A stretch of DNA of 64,000 nt from an uncultured Candidatus Poseidoniales archaeon (GCA_905182125.1 CAJJAV010000010.1:68-64067); one strand, 5' to 3'. Shown: positions 38,802-48,529, numbered from the stretch's first letter. Notes: a model not told the origin generated them from the letters alone. Program-made: numbers and translations.

Positions 38802-40115
38802 TCAGAATCCTCGTGCTCCAGCAAGAGCGGTTGATAGAAGCATATCAGGCTCCCAATCCATGATGTTGACGCCGAGGCCACGCAACTCACTGATGAGTAC
38901 GTCGCGCTCTGTCTTCATGACCTCGTATCCAGTTCGATCGATACGGCGGGCATCGAATTCGAATTCAAGAGAGGACGGTGTGAGCACCGTTACGTCGAAA
39001 TCACGTGCTCTGAAATCACGCAGGGCGCTGACGATGGTTGGATCGTCTTCGAGATTGGAAAGGAAGATGATTGGGCTTCCTTTGTTGATGTGCGGCAAAA
39101 TACGGTTGACGACCACTTGCAATGGAATGTTGCCTCGGGCGACAGCTCCTGAAAGTTTGGTCAAGATCACGTACAATTGCTTCTTACCAGTGTCTCGGTC
39201 GACGCTGACGACCTCATCGCCGTACACAATGACACCGACGCTGTCACGACGACTTAGGAAGTACTTGGCCAGTGAAGCAGCGGCGCGAGTCGAGTACACC
39301 AGAGCATTTCTGGAGACTGGACCTGTTTCTGCGACGGACCGGGAATCAACAATAATGATGATGTCCGATACAGCGTCACGTTCACGTTCATTGACCATGA
39401 GTTTGCCTGATCGGGCATAAGCCGACCAGTTGATGGCTCGGAACGAATCGCCTTCGAAGTACTCTCGCAACGAGTAGAACTCGGAACCAGGACCAGGTTG
39501 CCGGATGTTGACAGCACCGGTGAAAATCTTAGGAACACGGGATTTGACGAACGTTTCTTTGAGGTCTTCCATTTTCGGGAACACAAGGAAGTCATTGTAG
39601 ACATGCAATTCTTTTTCCTTGTGAAACAATCCGAAGGGGTCTTGGATCCTGACAGCCACAGGACCTAGACTGTAGAAGCCTCTTAGGGGGCATTCAACGG
39701 TGTATTCGATGTAGGTTTCACGTCGAGGGCCAAGTTCCATGAGGATGTAATTTGCACCGTCTTTGATGCGCATTACTTCAGGAACACGGTCTCGAACTTC
39801 CAAAATCTTGGCGAGCGATGAATGATTCTGCATCCTTAAGGTAACATTGAGTTCGCCGTCTTCGAAAATACGGGCACTGGAGAGCTTTCGCATAGCAGAA
39901 ACACTGCCGAGCGCAACGCCCTCCTCACCCAACCATTCCTCTGCACGTCGGCCGCTTGATGCGACGTCAGCGTGGCCGCCAAACAGGGCAGCCCAAGTCA
40001 GGAACACGAAGATGACCACCGCGATCGTTACAAGCTGGGAGTTTCGCAAGGTCAACCCAAGCAAATACATGGCTACAGCCAAGCTTCCTAGCATAGCAGA
40101 TTTACGGCTCCACAT
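38802..40115 (-). CDS. DUF58 (vWA-like) protein
   Basis: RGFYSLGP, FYSLREYFEGDSFRAINWSAYAR, IIVDSRS; N-terminal TMs. Confidence 0.92.
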   Translation of the reverse strand: MWSRKSAMLGSLAVAMYLLGLTLRNSQLVTIAVVIFVFLTWAALFGGHADVASSGRRAEEWLGEEGVALGSVSAMRKLSSARIFEDGELNVTLRMQNHSSLAKILEVRDRVPEVMRIKDGANYILMELGPRRETYIEYTVECPLRGFYSLGPVAVRIQDPFGLFHKEKELHVYNDFLVFPKMEDLKETFVKSRVPKIFTGAVNIRQPGPGSEFYSLREYFEGDSFRAINWSAYARSGKLMVNERERDAVSDIIIIVDSRSVAETGPVSRNALVYSTRAAASLAKYFLSRRDSVGVIVYGDEVVSVDRDTGKKQLYVILTKLSGAVARGNIPLQVVVNRILPHINKGSPIIFLSNLEDDPTIVSALRDFRARDFDVTVLTPSSLEFEFDARRIDRTGYEVMKTERDVLISELRGLGVNIMDWEPDMLLSTALAGARGF

Positions 40116-40153
40116 CAATCATCACCTCAATTCAATCAGTAACGTATGTCGTC

Positions 40154-41305
40154 TCAAACAGTTGGTACGGGAACTTCTCGTAGAATGGCTTGAATCACTT
40201 CACCAGGTTCCAGTCCCTTGATTTGATGTTCGGGCTTGAGGATAATTCGGTGGGCGATAGCAAGTTCTGAGACGGCCTTGATGTCATCAGGTGTGACGAA
40301 GTCACGACCACGAAGAGCAGCAGCAGCACGAGAGGTCTTGAGCAATGCTTGGGAACCACGGGGCGAAGCACCGACGAGAACACGAGGATCTTCACGGGTT
40401 CGAGAGACGATTTCAACCATGTACATGCGCAGGGCTGGGTCGACGTAAACGTCTTCACAGGCTTGTTGCATGGCAATGACCCGCTGTGGGTCGGTGATCA
40501 CATCGACATCGACTGCGTCCTTACCACGAGCAATACGTCGGCGGAGGATTTCGTCTTCGTCTGCACGGTCTGGGTAGCCCACGGACATCTTGAACATGAA
40601 ACGGTCAAGTTGTGCTTCTGGAAGCGGGTAGGTACCTTCTTGCTCGACCGGGTTCTGTGTGGCCATAACAATGAATGGTGCTGGGAGTTTGTGAGTAACC
40701 GTACCAATGGTCACCTGCTTCTCTTGCATAGCCTCAAGCAAAGCAGCTTGGGTCTTAGGAGGAGCACGGTTAATTTCGTCAGCAAGGAGAAGGTTGCAGA
40801 ACAGAGGTCCTGGCTTGAAGGTGAATTCACCCTTCTTTGCGTCGTAAATGTTGGTGCCTGTGATGTCAGCAGGGAGCAAGTCAGGCGTAAATTGTACACG
40901 CTTGAAATCACAGCCCAACGCATCAGCGAAGGTGTTGGTCATCAAGGTCTTAGCCAGTCCAGGGTAATCTTCGAACAGAAGGTTACCGTTCGACAAGATG
41001 TTGATCAACACATTGTCGATGACGTGTGGCTTACCGATAATCACTTTCGCCACTTCGGCTGCAATCGCACGTGAGATTGCGCCGACGTGGGTCAAGCGGG
41101 CTTTGACCTCGGGGCTGGCTTGGTGCTTCGGCTGGGCCGGAGCGGCCGGTGCTGCTGGTGCTAGGGCTTGAGCCGCTGGTGCTGCTGGTGCTGGTGCTGC
41201 CGGCATTGGTGGTGCTGGCGCAACAGGTGCTGCGGGGGCGGCTGGAGCCATTGGCGCTGGCGGCGCTGGCGCGGGCGGGGCTGCGGGGGGGGCAGGGGGT
41301 TGCAT
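40154..41305 (-). CDS. moxR: MoxR-family AAA+ ATPase with Pro/Ala-rich N-terminus
   Basis: EDYPGLAKT, RVQFTPDLLPADITG, LADEINRAPPKTQAALLEAMQE, ATQNPVEQEGTYPLPEAQLDRF. Confidence 0.95.
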   Translation of the reverse strand: MQPPAPPAAPPAPAPPAPMAPAAPAAPVAPAPPMPAAPAPAAPAAQALAPAAPAAPAQPKHQASPEVKARLTHVGAISRAIAAEVAKVIIGKPHVIDNVLINILSNGNLLFEDYPGLAKTLMTNTFADALGCDFKRVQFTPDLLPADITGTNIYDAKKGEFTFKPGPLFCNLLLADEINRAPPKTQAALLEAMQEKQVTIGTVTHKLPAPFIVMATQNPVEQEGTYPLPEAQLDRFMFKMSVGYPDRADEDEILRRRIARGKDAVDVDVITDPQRVIAMQQACEDVYVDPALRMYMVEIVSRTREDPRVLVGASPRGSQALLKTSRAAAALRGRDFVTPDDIKAVSELAIAHRIILKPEHQIKGLEPGEVIQAILREVPVPTV

Positions 41306-41324
41306 GTCTATTGTCCTCCAAGTT

Positions 41325-42911
41325 TCAATTACCCCAACGTCGGATGTGCGGGATTACCTCTCGCAATTCTTCGCTGGAGTAGATGCGGTTGGAACTGATC
41401 AGTTCAACCAATCGCGGATCACGCACCATTTGCATGATTTCCGCAGAGGATTTGCGCATGAATTCGTCACGCGTCAAATCGTTAAATTGCCGTACTTTGG
41501 AAAGGAGTGCTTCTCTTGTACGCATTTGATATTGAGCAGCATCGACTTTCTTAGGTCGCTCTCTAAATCGAGTAAGATCGAAGACATGGCGCCAGTTTTC
41601 CTTTTCGGGAACGACCATGATGGCGATGGCCAACAGCGCAAACAAGTTGAGGATGATCAGCCATTTTAGGACCACGTCGCTGGTCAGCAAAACAATGGCG
41701 CCCATGGCTTCAGTGAACGGTGAAGAGAGGGCGCTCGACACGTGGCGGCTTTCATCGAAGACGATGTAGAAGTTGGAATTGAATCGGGTGACTGATGTTG
41801 AGATGTCTTCATTGTCTTTTTCCATCATGTCCTGCATCAGGGCTTGGAAGTACTGGCCGTTGCCGTTCCAGCTGGTGTCGCCTTGAGCGTCGGAAAGTCC
41901 GTTGGAATCAGAGTTCCAGCAGTTGTGACCATTTTCCACGTAATAGGGAGAAGTGCATTGTTGGTAACCGAGTTCTTCTGCGATGTCTTGATCCCAAAGG
42001 TGGTTTGCGAGCACTGAGTGATCGGAGACGAAGACAATGGATCCTGTCACGGTGACTTCACCTTGGTCGTTGTCCAATGTCTGGTCCAAGACTTCGATTC
42101 CAGGGTAATCGATTCGGACAATAAGGCCAGTCTTTCCTTCACCCAATGTTGGGTTCTTGTCGCTGTTGATGTCCATGTTGCTGGAGTCTGTGACAATCAC
42201 TGCCGATGTTGAAGCTGCAGCGAGGACATTCACCTCACGGTTGGTATCGGTTTGATCGTCCAGCACCTGAATGGCGGTCGGACGGTGGAAGAGAACAGGC
42301 AATCGGCAGTTATCGTAGACGCCAATGTCGAGGCTGCCTTGGGCACAGGGAATCAAACGCTCATCACCCATTTCAGTGACGTTGGCACGGAGGCTTGCTG
42401 CAGCCCAGAGGCGGCGGTAATCTCCCGGTTGATTTTCATCGAGGTTGTTGGTCATCTCGTAGTAGCGCTGGTCATCAAGGACCATGTCGCCGAAGTACTT
42501 GACGCCGAATTCATCCGCAACGAGTTGTGCATTGGTTGAATTTGCAGCGAGGATCACTTTTCCGCCTTTCTTGGTAACGAAGTCGTACATAGCGGAGGCT
42601 TCTGCTGCATCGAAGGGCTTCTCGGGTCCAGCGATGACAAGCATGGTTCGGTGAGGGTCCTGCCAGTCGTTGACGAGCATAGGGGTCGACATTGTGTTGG
42701 CAATTGAAAAGTCATCGTTTGAAAAATCATTGCGCATCGAAGTAAGTTGTTGGCTGGAATAGGCGTCATCAGCCGTTGCATAAGGAGAAAGAACAGTTTG
42801 TTTGTCCAAGCTGACCAATCCGATGAGTGCAATTGAAAGAACTAAAGAGGTCATCAATCCAATTTTGAGCCAGGATTCAACGGAGAGTTTTTTTGCTTCT
42901 GTTTCTGCCAT
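41325..42911 (-). CDS. DUF4350-like secreted/membrane protein of the MoxR operon
   Basis: N-terminal TM, LVIAGPEKPF..E..AMYDFV.KGG.VILA, IVFVSDHSVLAN, FDESRH, C-terminal TM. Confidence 0.75.
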   Translation of the reverse strand: MAETEAKKLSVESWLKIGLMTSLVLSIALIGLVSLDKQTVLSPYATADDAYSSQQLTSMRNDFSNDDFSIANTMSTPMLVNDWQDPHRTMLVIAGPEKPFDAAEASAMYDFVTKKGGKVILAANSTNAQLVADEFGVKYFGDMVLDDQRYYEMTNNLDENQPGDYRRLWAAASLRANVTEMGDERLIPCAQGSLDIGVYDNCRLPVLFHRPTAIQVLDDQTDTNREVNVLAAASTSAVIVTDSSNMDINSDKNPTLGEGKTGLIVRIDYPGIEVLDQTLDNDQGEVTVTGSIVFVSDHSVLANHLWDQDIAEELGYQQCTSPYYVENGHNCWNSDSNGLSDAQGDTSWNGNGQYFQALMQDMMEKDNEDISTSVTRFNSNFYIVFDESRHVSSALSSPFTEAMGAIVLLTSDVVLKWLIILNLFALLAIAIMVVPEKENWRHVFDLTRFRERPKKVDAAQYQMRTREALLSKVRQFNDLTRDEFMRKSSAEIMQMVRDPRLVELISSNRIYSSEELREVIPHIRRWGN

Positions 42912-43099
42912 TTATCCCCCTCCTTTTTTGTATCTCGCGTAACAACTGCTCGTAAGACATCTGTCGGAACTTCGCTCCACTCATAATGGTTCTCCATGAG
43001 TGCTCCGATGAAAATAGAAGCGCCAAGGGGTTGATATACCCCCTATGCACAAAATATCGAACATTTTCGACGCAGAAGGGTAAGAAAACAGTCGTTTAT

Positions 43100-44077
43100 T
43101 CAAAGGGTGGACCTTTTCCGACCGATTACGCCGACAGTGGCGAAGATCAACACAGCTTCCAACGCAAGGAAGCCGGGCAGGGTGTTGGATTCAACTTTCA
43201 AACCTGAATCTACAGAATCATCTTCACCGTCATTGGTGCTCGAGGAGGAAACATCGTCGACATAGGCAAACACTTCGACATCAAACGTGGTGCTTCGTCC
43301 GACATCGTCGCCTTCTGAAATCAGAGAAATTGTAACTTCACAAGACCTGCGCGGTTGACTCTCAGAAGCGACCAAGGTAAGGGTGGCAGTGGCATCCTTA
43401 CCATTGCGCGCACCGGTTGGGTCGACGAGGGTGTTCGCAAGTGCTTCAAGCCCATCGACGGTAAGATGGGGGCAACTACGAACTTGTGCTGATGCTTCCT
43501 TCACGGCATCGTTGGCGTTCCCGAGGTTGATCATTTGAATCGAAATTTCGACCGTGGAACCTGCGTGAAGTTCATCGTTTGACGGTGTGATTTCCGGACG
43601 CAAATTAAAAATTTTCGGAACATGAATCGTACCTTCAATCTCTTGATCCCCTGTCGAGGTGTCGCCAACATTTTCATTGGCCGAGATGGTCAATGTCGAG
43701 GTGTTGTCAGGATTGTATTCACGTGCATCTACGCTGGAGTCTGTTGCGATGTTGATGGTGAAGCTCTTGTTTTCACCTGCGCCAACCGTGATTGATTCCG
43801 GGCCATCGAAGGTGAACGGCACCCATGTGTTGATTTCATAGGTCAATTCTAATTGTACTTGGCTCATCCGCGTGTTCTCAACATAAGCAACAATTTCGCC
43901 TTCGATATCCCAATCATCTTCCATGCTGACGGTAAACCCATCATCCATGTCAGTGGACCATCCAAGGGTCCAACTCGGTGCTTCGAATTGATCTTGTGCA
44001 ATCACCGAAGGAGGCAGGCTCAGCCCCACGGTAAGCAGGACTGTAAAGGCGAAAAAGAGGGTCCCGCGTTTGTTCAT
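43100..44077 (-). CDS. Secreted surface protein with PGF-CTERM-like C-terminal sorting signal
   Basis: Signal peptide; Ig-like repeats; ends LPGFLALEAVLIFATVGVIGRKRSTL. Confidence 0.7.
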   Translation of the reverse strand: MNKRGTLFFAFTVLLTVGLSLPPSVIAQDQFEAPSWTLGWSTDMDDGFTVSMEDDWDIEGEIVAYVENTRMSQVQLELTYEINTWVPFTFDGPESITVGAGENKSFTINIATDSSVDAREYNPDNTSTLTISANENVGDTSTGDQEIEGTIHVPKIFNLRPEITPSNDELHAGSTVEISIQMINLGNANDAVKEASAQVRSCPHLTVDGLEALANTLVDPTGARNGKDATATLTLVASESQPRRSCEVTISLISEGDDVGRSTTFDVEVFAYVDDVSSSSTNDGEDDSVDSGLKVESNTLPGFLALEAVLIFATVGVIGRKRSTL

Positions 44078-44081
44078 CAAA

Positions 44082-45059
44082 TCACTTCACCATTCCTTGC
44101 ACTGCTCGCTTTGCCAGGACACGAACCATCGATCGGCGGTACCTTGGAGGAAGCGCCGTGTTATTCACAGGTTTGACGCTCTTTTGAAGGCTGGAGGACA
44201 GTGCCTTGATCGATGCCGCCCCTTTCCAGCCGTCGGCCAGAACTGCTGCGACTTCTTCGGGATGGCAGCGTGGAATTGACTCAAGCGCTGTTGTGGCCAA
44301 AACGAGGGTCGAAGGATCGCCTTCAATCCACGATGCTGCAACGCCAGCTTCAGGGAAATCCCATGAATCACGTACACGCAGTTTTTGATAGGAACCTGTC
44401 CGAAGAGCTGCCTCTTCCGGAAGGGTCACCTTGAGAAGGAATTCTCCTTCTTCGAGAACATTCTTTTTCATCCCGTCAAGCTGGTAGAACGATTGAATCG
44501 GCAGGGTGCGAGCACCGTTCGGCCCAATCAAATGCACACTCGCTCCGAGCACCATCAACGTCGGGGCAATGTCGCCTTGGTAGGTCGCTACGCAGAGGGT
44601 GTTTTGATTTGGAATCACCCGGCAGTCTGCTCCAGAACCACAGTCTGCTTTGTGGCACCAATCGATGGAGCGGCGCCAATCTTCACCTTGGTTGTACCAG
44701 AAGCACCGCGTATCAAGGCACAGGTTGCCTCCGAGCGTGGCATTGGTTCGAATCAATGAAGAGGCCACTTTGGAAGCGGCTTGTACAATCACGGGGTGCA
44801 CTCCATTGGCTTCAGTCAAGTCAGCCAGTCGAGTCATGCAACCTAATTCGCTGGCTGAAATGGTCGAGGTCCCCTCGATTCGAGCAAGTGAAATCACGTG
44901 TGGCTTGGTGTTGATGTGCCACTTGTAGTTTGGCAACAGGTCTGTTCCGCCTGCGACCCAGTCAAAGGATTCTCCAGAGGCCATCAACTGAGCAGCCAAT
45001 TCACATGCTGCATCGACCGATATCGGGTGGTGAAGGGTAAAAGGTGGCATCAGCATCAT
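44082..45059 (-). CDS. hcrB: FAD/[4Fe-4S] subunit of a xanthine-dehydrogenase-family enzyme, HcrB-like
   Basis: AGGTDLLP, ATLGGNLCLDTRCFWYNQ...WCHKADC...CRV...CVATYQGDIAP Cys-loop insertion, KLRVRDSWDFP. Confidence 0.8.
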   Translation of the reverse strand: MMLMPPFTLHHPISVDAACELAAQLMASGESFDWVAGGTDLLPNYKWHINTKPHVISLARIEGTSTISASELGCMTRLADLTEANGVHPVIVQAASKVASSLIRTNATLGGNLCLDTRCFWYNQGEDWRRSIDWCHKADCGSGADCRVIPNQNTLCVATYQGDIAPTLMVLGASVHLIGPNGARTLPIQSFYQLDGMKKNVLEEGEFLLKVTLPEEAALRTGSYQKLRVRDSWDFPEAGVAASWIEGDPSTLVLATTALESIPRCHPEEVAAVLADGWKGAASIKALSSSLQKSVKPVNNTALPPRYRRSMVRVLAKRAVQGMVK

Positions 45060-47860
45060 TCATCACCGTCCATGTGTCGTTGTTCTTTTTTGAGCCACGC
45101 CTTTCCTGCAAGACCCAGTGCAGCAAGTTGCTCCGGGTCTGGTTCGGTTGCCATTCGCCAACCTTCAACTTGATCTTCGAGTGGAATGTTTGGATCGAAA
45201 CCAAACAAAACACCGTTGACGTAAGGACTGGTGTCTTCACTGCGTTGGCGGGCCTGATCGCGGATCTTGTGTTCTGCAGCGCGTTTGACAAGCAATGGTT
45301 GCAATTCTCCGTGTTCGACGCGTGGGGGAAGGAGATCAAGTGGGTCGTCAACGCCTGCTGCTTTCATTCCTTTTTCAATGCCCTTGAACACCACATCAGG
45401 TGTCAATGGCAAGTCGCGAAGTCGGATGCCAATCGCATCGTAGACGGCGTTCACAACAGCTGGAAGAATCGGCAGAAGTGGTCCTTCGCCAGCCTCTTTC
45501 GCACCGAATGGACCCTCAGGGTCGCATGATTCAATGATGATTGGTTCGACATGGGGCATTTCATGCACAGACGGAATTTTGTAATCTAGCAAGTTCGGGT
45601 TCTGCAAATGTCCGGTTCGGCCATAGACCATTTTCTCAGAAAGCACTTGTCCAAGGCCCATATGGCAGGAACCAATGATTTGGCCCTTGACCGCTAAGGG
45701 GTTGAGTGCCTTACCACAGTCGTGGGCTGCCCATACCTTGGTGCATTTTATCATTCCAGTCTCGACATCAACATCCACTTCAGCAACGTAGGCTGAGAAG
45801 GAATAGGCTGGAGCAAGTCCTGCGGCCGCACCCTTGTGAACACCACCCATTGGAGGCGAACGGTAGGCACCACTCGCAATGAGGGCTCCTTTGTCTTCCT
45901 GGGCCTTGTGCAAAGCCTTGAGGTAAGACGTCCCTATGGCCGGGTCGTGTTTGTAGTAAATTCGGCGATCGTTGAGCACGAGGTTGTTCGGATGATAACC
46001 AAGAATTTCCCATGCTGCCTTGAGCAATTGCTCACGAATTTCAAGCGCTGCTCGAATGGCTGCGTTCGCATTCATGAACGTCACTCTGCTGGAATACGAC
46101 CCAAGGTCAACCGGTGAGGTGTCGCTTTCATGGCTCTTTACGTGAATCATTTCAATCGGAAGCGCTAGAACTTCGGAGACCACTTGGGCAACGGCTGTTG
46201 TCGAACCCTGCCCGATGTCGGCTGCACCGGTGTGAACCGTGACGCCACCGTCCATGTCGACCTGAATGTGCACCGTTGCGTGTGGGAAACGGTTTGGATC
46301 CCAGTGGATCGGCAGTCCGGAGCCTGAGATGAAGAAACCACACCCAATCCCTATGCCTTTTCCGAGCGGCATTTGTCGGAACTTAGTGTCCCACTGGGAG
46401 CCTTCTCGTACTTTTTCAAGTGCTTCGCGCATACCATTGGAAGTGATTCTGAAACCACTGATTGTGCGGCTGTGGGGTGGCAAAAGGTTGGCTAAACGAA
46501 GATCCATCGGGTCGACCTTCATCTGGTCTGCCATCTCATCCAGCCCAACTTCGACTGCACATCGTGTGTTCACAGCACCGTGGCCACGCATAGCGCCAGA
46601 AGCTGGTTTGTTGGTCCAAACCCGGGCACCTGTGTAATGGAAAGAGCCAAGTTCGTAAGGTGCGGTTGCAAGGACACCGTTGTAGTAAGAGGTGACGTGA
46701 CCGAAGGAAGCAAAACCGCCACCATCAATCAGAGCATCGATATCGAAACCAGAAATACGAGCATCATCATCTGCCGTCATCTTGACCTCAATGTGGCTTG
46801 GGTGACGTCCACGGTTGATCCAGTAGACTTCTTCTCGGTCGAATGTGATGCGGACAGGCCGTCCTGCTTTTCGAGAAAGAATTGCTGCACACATCTCGTG
46901 AGGGAACGGATCTGATTTTCCACCAAAACCGCCACCAACAAAGGTTCGGATGACATTGATTTGATGCATTGGGACATCCAAGACCGTTGCTAGTGCGCGA
47001 TGGGTGTAGTGAGGCACTTGTTGAGGGGTATAGAGTTGCAAACGTCCGTTTGGATCCCAATGGGCAACCACTGCGTGGGGTTCAGTGAACCCGTGGTGGA
47101 CACCTGCCATTTTCCACTTGCCGTGTGAAGAGGCAAGGGGTTCTTTGACCAGGGAACGGTCTCCAAATTCTTGGAACACTCGCTTTTGGACGTTGGTCCG
47201 AGCCAAGTGGTACTTGCCACGCCAATGAATAGGCTCCTCCACATCTTCGAGGCCCTTTTTAGGATCAAACACCGGCTCTAGAACTTCGTATTCAACCTCG
47301 AACAGGTTGAGTGCTTCCATGGCCGTCGCTTCGTCAACTGCTGCGACAGAAGCAACAAGGTCGCCGACGTGACGAACCTTTTCCACCGCCATTGCGTGTT
47401 CGTCTTTGGTGACTGGGAGCACACCAAATCGGTGAGGTGAATCAGCACCAGTTGCAACTGCGAGAACGCCTGGCAAGGCCTCGACCTTCGAGGTGTCAAT
47501 CGACTTGATTCTGGCGTAGTGATGCGGTGAGCGTAGGATTTTCCCAATCACTTCATTGGCCAGACGAACGTCATCGCCGTACCAAGCCTGACCGGTGACT
47601 TTGGCGTTTGAATCAACCAATGCAGTTGGTTTTCCAACCGAAGTTCCGGTACGTACACGATCGTGCACGTGGGAGCCTGCAGGCTGCGCTTCTCGACCAC
47701 CCACCGTTTCGGGGATGAAATCGAGGTCGCGTGGCGACATTATGGGTTTTGAACCACCTGAGCCGGGAGGCGGGAATGCTTGCTTTCCTGCGACGCGTTT
47801 GCCATCCTTGCGAGTGACTTTTCCAGCCGAACCTGGCTGTTGACGGTATCCTCCAGACAT
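45056..47860 (-). CDS. hcrA: Molybdenum-binding subunit, 4-hydroxybenzoyl-CoA reductase alpha-like
   Basis: KVTGQAWY, GGGFGGK, GAMRGHG, GAADIGQGS, GSYSSRVTFM, GKALNPLAV.GQ, FGAKEAGEG. Confidence 0.78.
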   Translation of the reverse strand: MSGGYRQQPGSAGKVTRKDGKRVAGKQAFPPPGSGGSKPIMSPRDLDFIPETVGGREAQPAGSHVHDRVRTGTSVGKPTALVDSNAKVTGQAWYGDDVRLANEVIGKILRSPHHYARIKSIDTSKVEALPGVLAVATGADSPHRFGVLPVTKDEHAMAVEKVRHVGDLVASVAAVDEATAMEALNLFEVEYEVLEPVFDPKKGLEDVEEPIHWRGKYHLARTNVQKRVFQEFGDRSLVKEPLASSHGKWKMAGVHHGFTEPHAVVAHWDPNGRLQLYTPQQVPHYTHRALATVLDVPMHQINVIRTFVGGGFGGKSDPFPHEMCAAILSRKAGRPVRITFDREEVYWINRGRHPSHIEVKMTADDDARISGFDIDALIDGGGFASFGHVTSYYNGVLATAPYELGSFHYTGARVWTNKPASGAMRGHGAVNTRCAVEVGLDEMADQMKVDPMDLRLANLLPPHSRTISGFRITSNGMREALEKVREGSQWDTKFRQMPLGKGIGIGCGFFISGSGLPIHWDPNRFPHATVHIQVDMDGGVTVHTGAADIGQGSTTAVAQVVSEVLALPIEMIHVKSHESDTSPVDLGSYSSRVTFMNANAAIRAALEIREQLLKAAWEILGYHPNNLVLNDRRIYYKHDPAIGTSYLKALHKAQEDKGALIASGAYRSPPMGGVHKGAAAGLAPAYSFSAYVAEVDVDVETGMIKCTKVWAAHDCGKALNPLAVKGQIIGSCHMGLGQVLSEKMVYGRTGHLQNPNLLDYKIPSVHEMPHVEPIIIESCDPEGPFGAKEAGEGPLLPILPAVVNAVYDAIGIRLRDLPLTPDVVFKGIEKGMKAAGVDDPLDLLPPRVEHGELQPLLVKRAAEHKIRDQARQRSEDTSPYVNGVLFGFDPNIPLEDQVEGWRMATEPDPEQLAALGLAGKAWLKKEQRHMDGDE

Positions 47861-47865
47861 GATGA

Positions 47866-48468
47866 TCACCTTGCGTGGCCCGGCGGCATTTGCGGCTCTT
47901 CGGGTCCTGTTGGATGTGGATCGGGGTGTGGATCGCTTGCAGGGGCAGCGGGTTCGACTTCACCGCGGTGAATTGCAGCAGCAGCTTGGATTGATTCGAC
48001 GATTTGCTGGTAGCCTGTGCACCTGCAGAGGTTTCCTTCGATAGCACAAGCAATTTCCTTGTCACTCGGGTTGTTGTTCTCATTGAGCAGGGCTTGTGCC
48101 GTGACGAGGAAACCAGGCGTGCAAAAGCCACATTGGGAGCCGCCATATTCGGCGAAGCAAGATTGAATCGGGGCGAGATGTGCGCCTTCAGATAAGCCTT
48201 CAACAGTGATGATCGAAGAACCTTCAACTTGACCTGCTAAGCAGAGGCAAGACAAACGAGGCGTTCCGTCAATCAGGACGCTGCAACAACCGCATGTACC
48301 AAGATCGCAACCGCGCTTCACGCCGAGCGTCCCTACTTTGTCACGCAAAACGTCGAGCAAAATCGCATTTGAAGGTGCGAGGACTTCAACAGGTCTTCCG
48401 TTGACCTCTGCAGACCAAATTTCCTTCTTCGCGACTGGGATCATATCAACGTGTTCAGTGCCTACCAT
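47866..48468 (-). CDS. hcrC: 2x[2Fe-2S] subunit of a xanthine-dehydrogenase-family enzyme, HcrC-like
   Basis: GCDLGTCGCCSVL..SC, QCGFCTPG and NLCRCTGY motifs. Confidence 0.85.
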   Translation of the reverse strand: MVGTEHVDMIPVAKKEIWSAEVNGRPVEVLAPSNAILLDVLRDKVGTLGVKRGCDLGTCGCCSVLIDGTPRLSCLCLAGQVEGSSIITVEGLSEGAHLAPIQSCFAEYGGSQCGFCTPGFLVTAQALLNENNNPSDKEIACAIEGNLCRCTGYQQIVESIQAAAAIHRGEVEPAAPASDPHPDPHPTGPEEPQMPPGHAR

Positions 48469-48529
48469 GGTTGTCGCCTACGGCGAGGTAGGGGGCAGTG
48501 CATATCAACCTGAGGTATGATAATTTTCA

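Noticed and set aside
42912-43099. Small ORFs or ncRNA in the gap upstream of the DUF4350 gene
   Set aside because: Only short frames of about 35-47 aa overlapping the next gene, with no recognisable motif or RNA structure
44082-48468. Aerobic CO dehydrogenase (coxSLM) call for the Mo-enzyme operon
   Set aside because: The active-site loop is AMRGHG, not AYxCSFR or AYRGAGR, and the FAD subunit has an HcrB-type Cys loop that CoxM lacks
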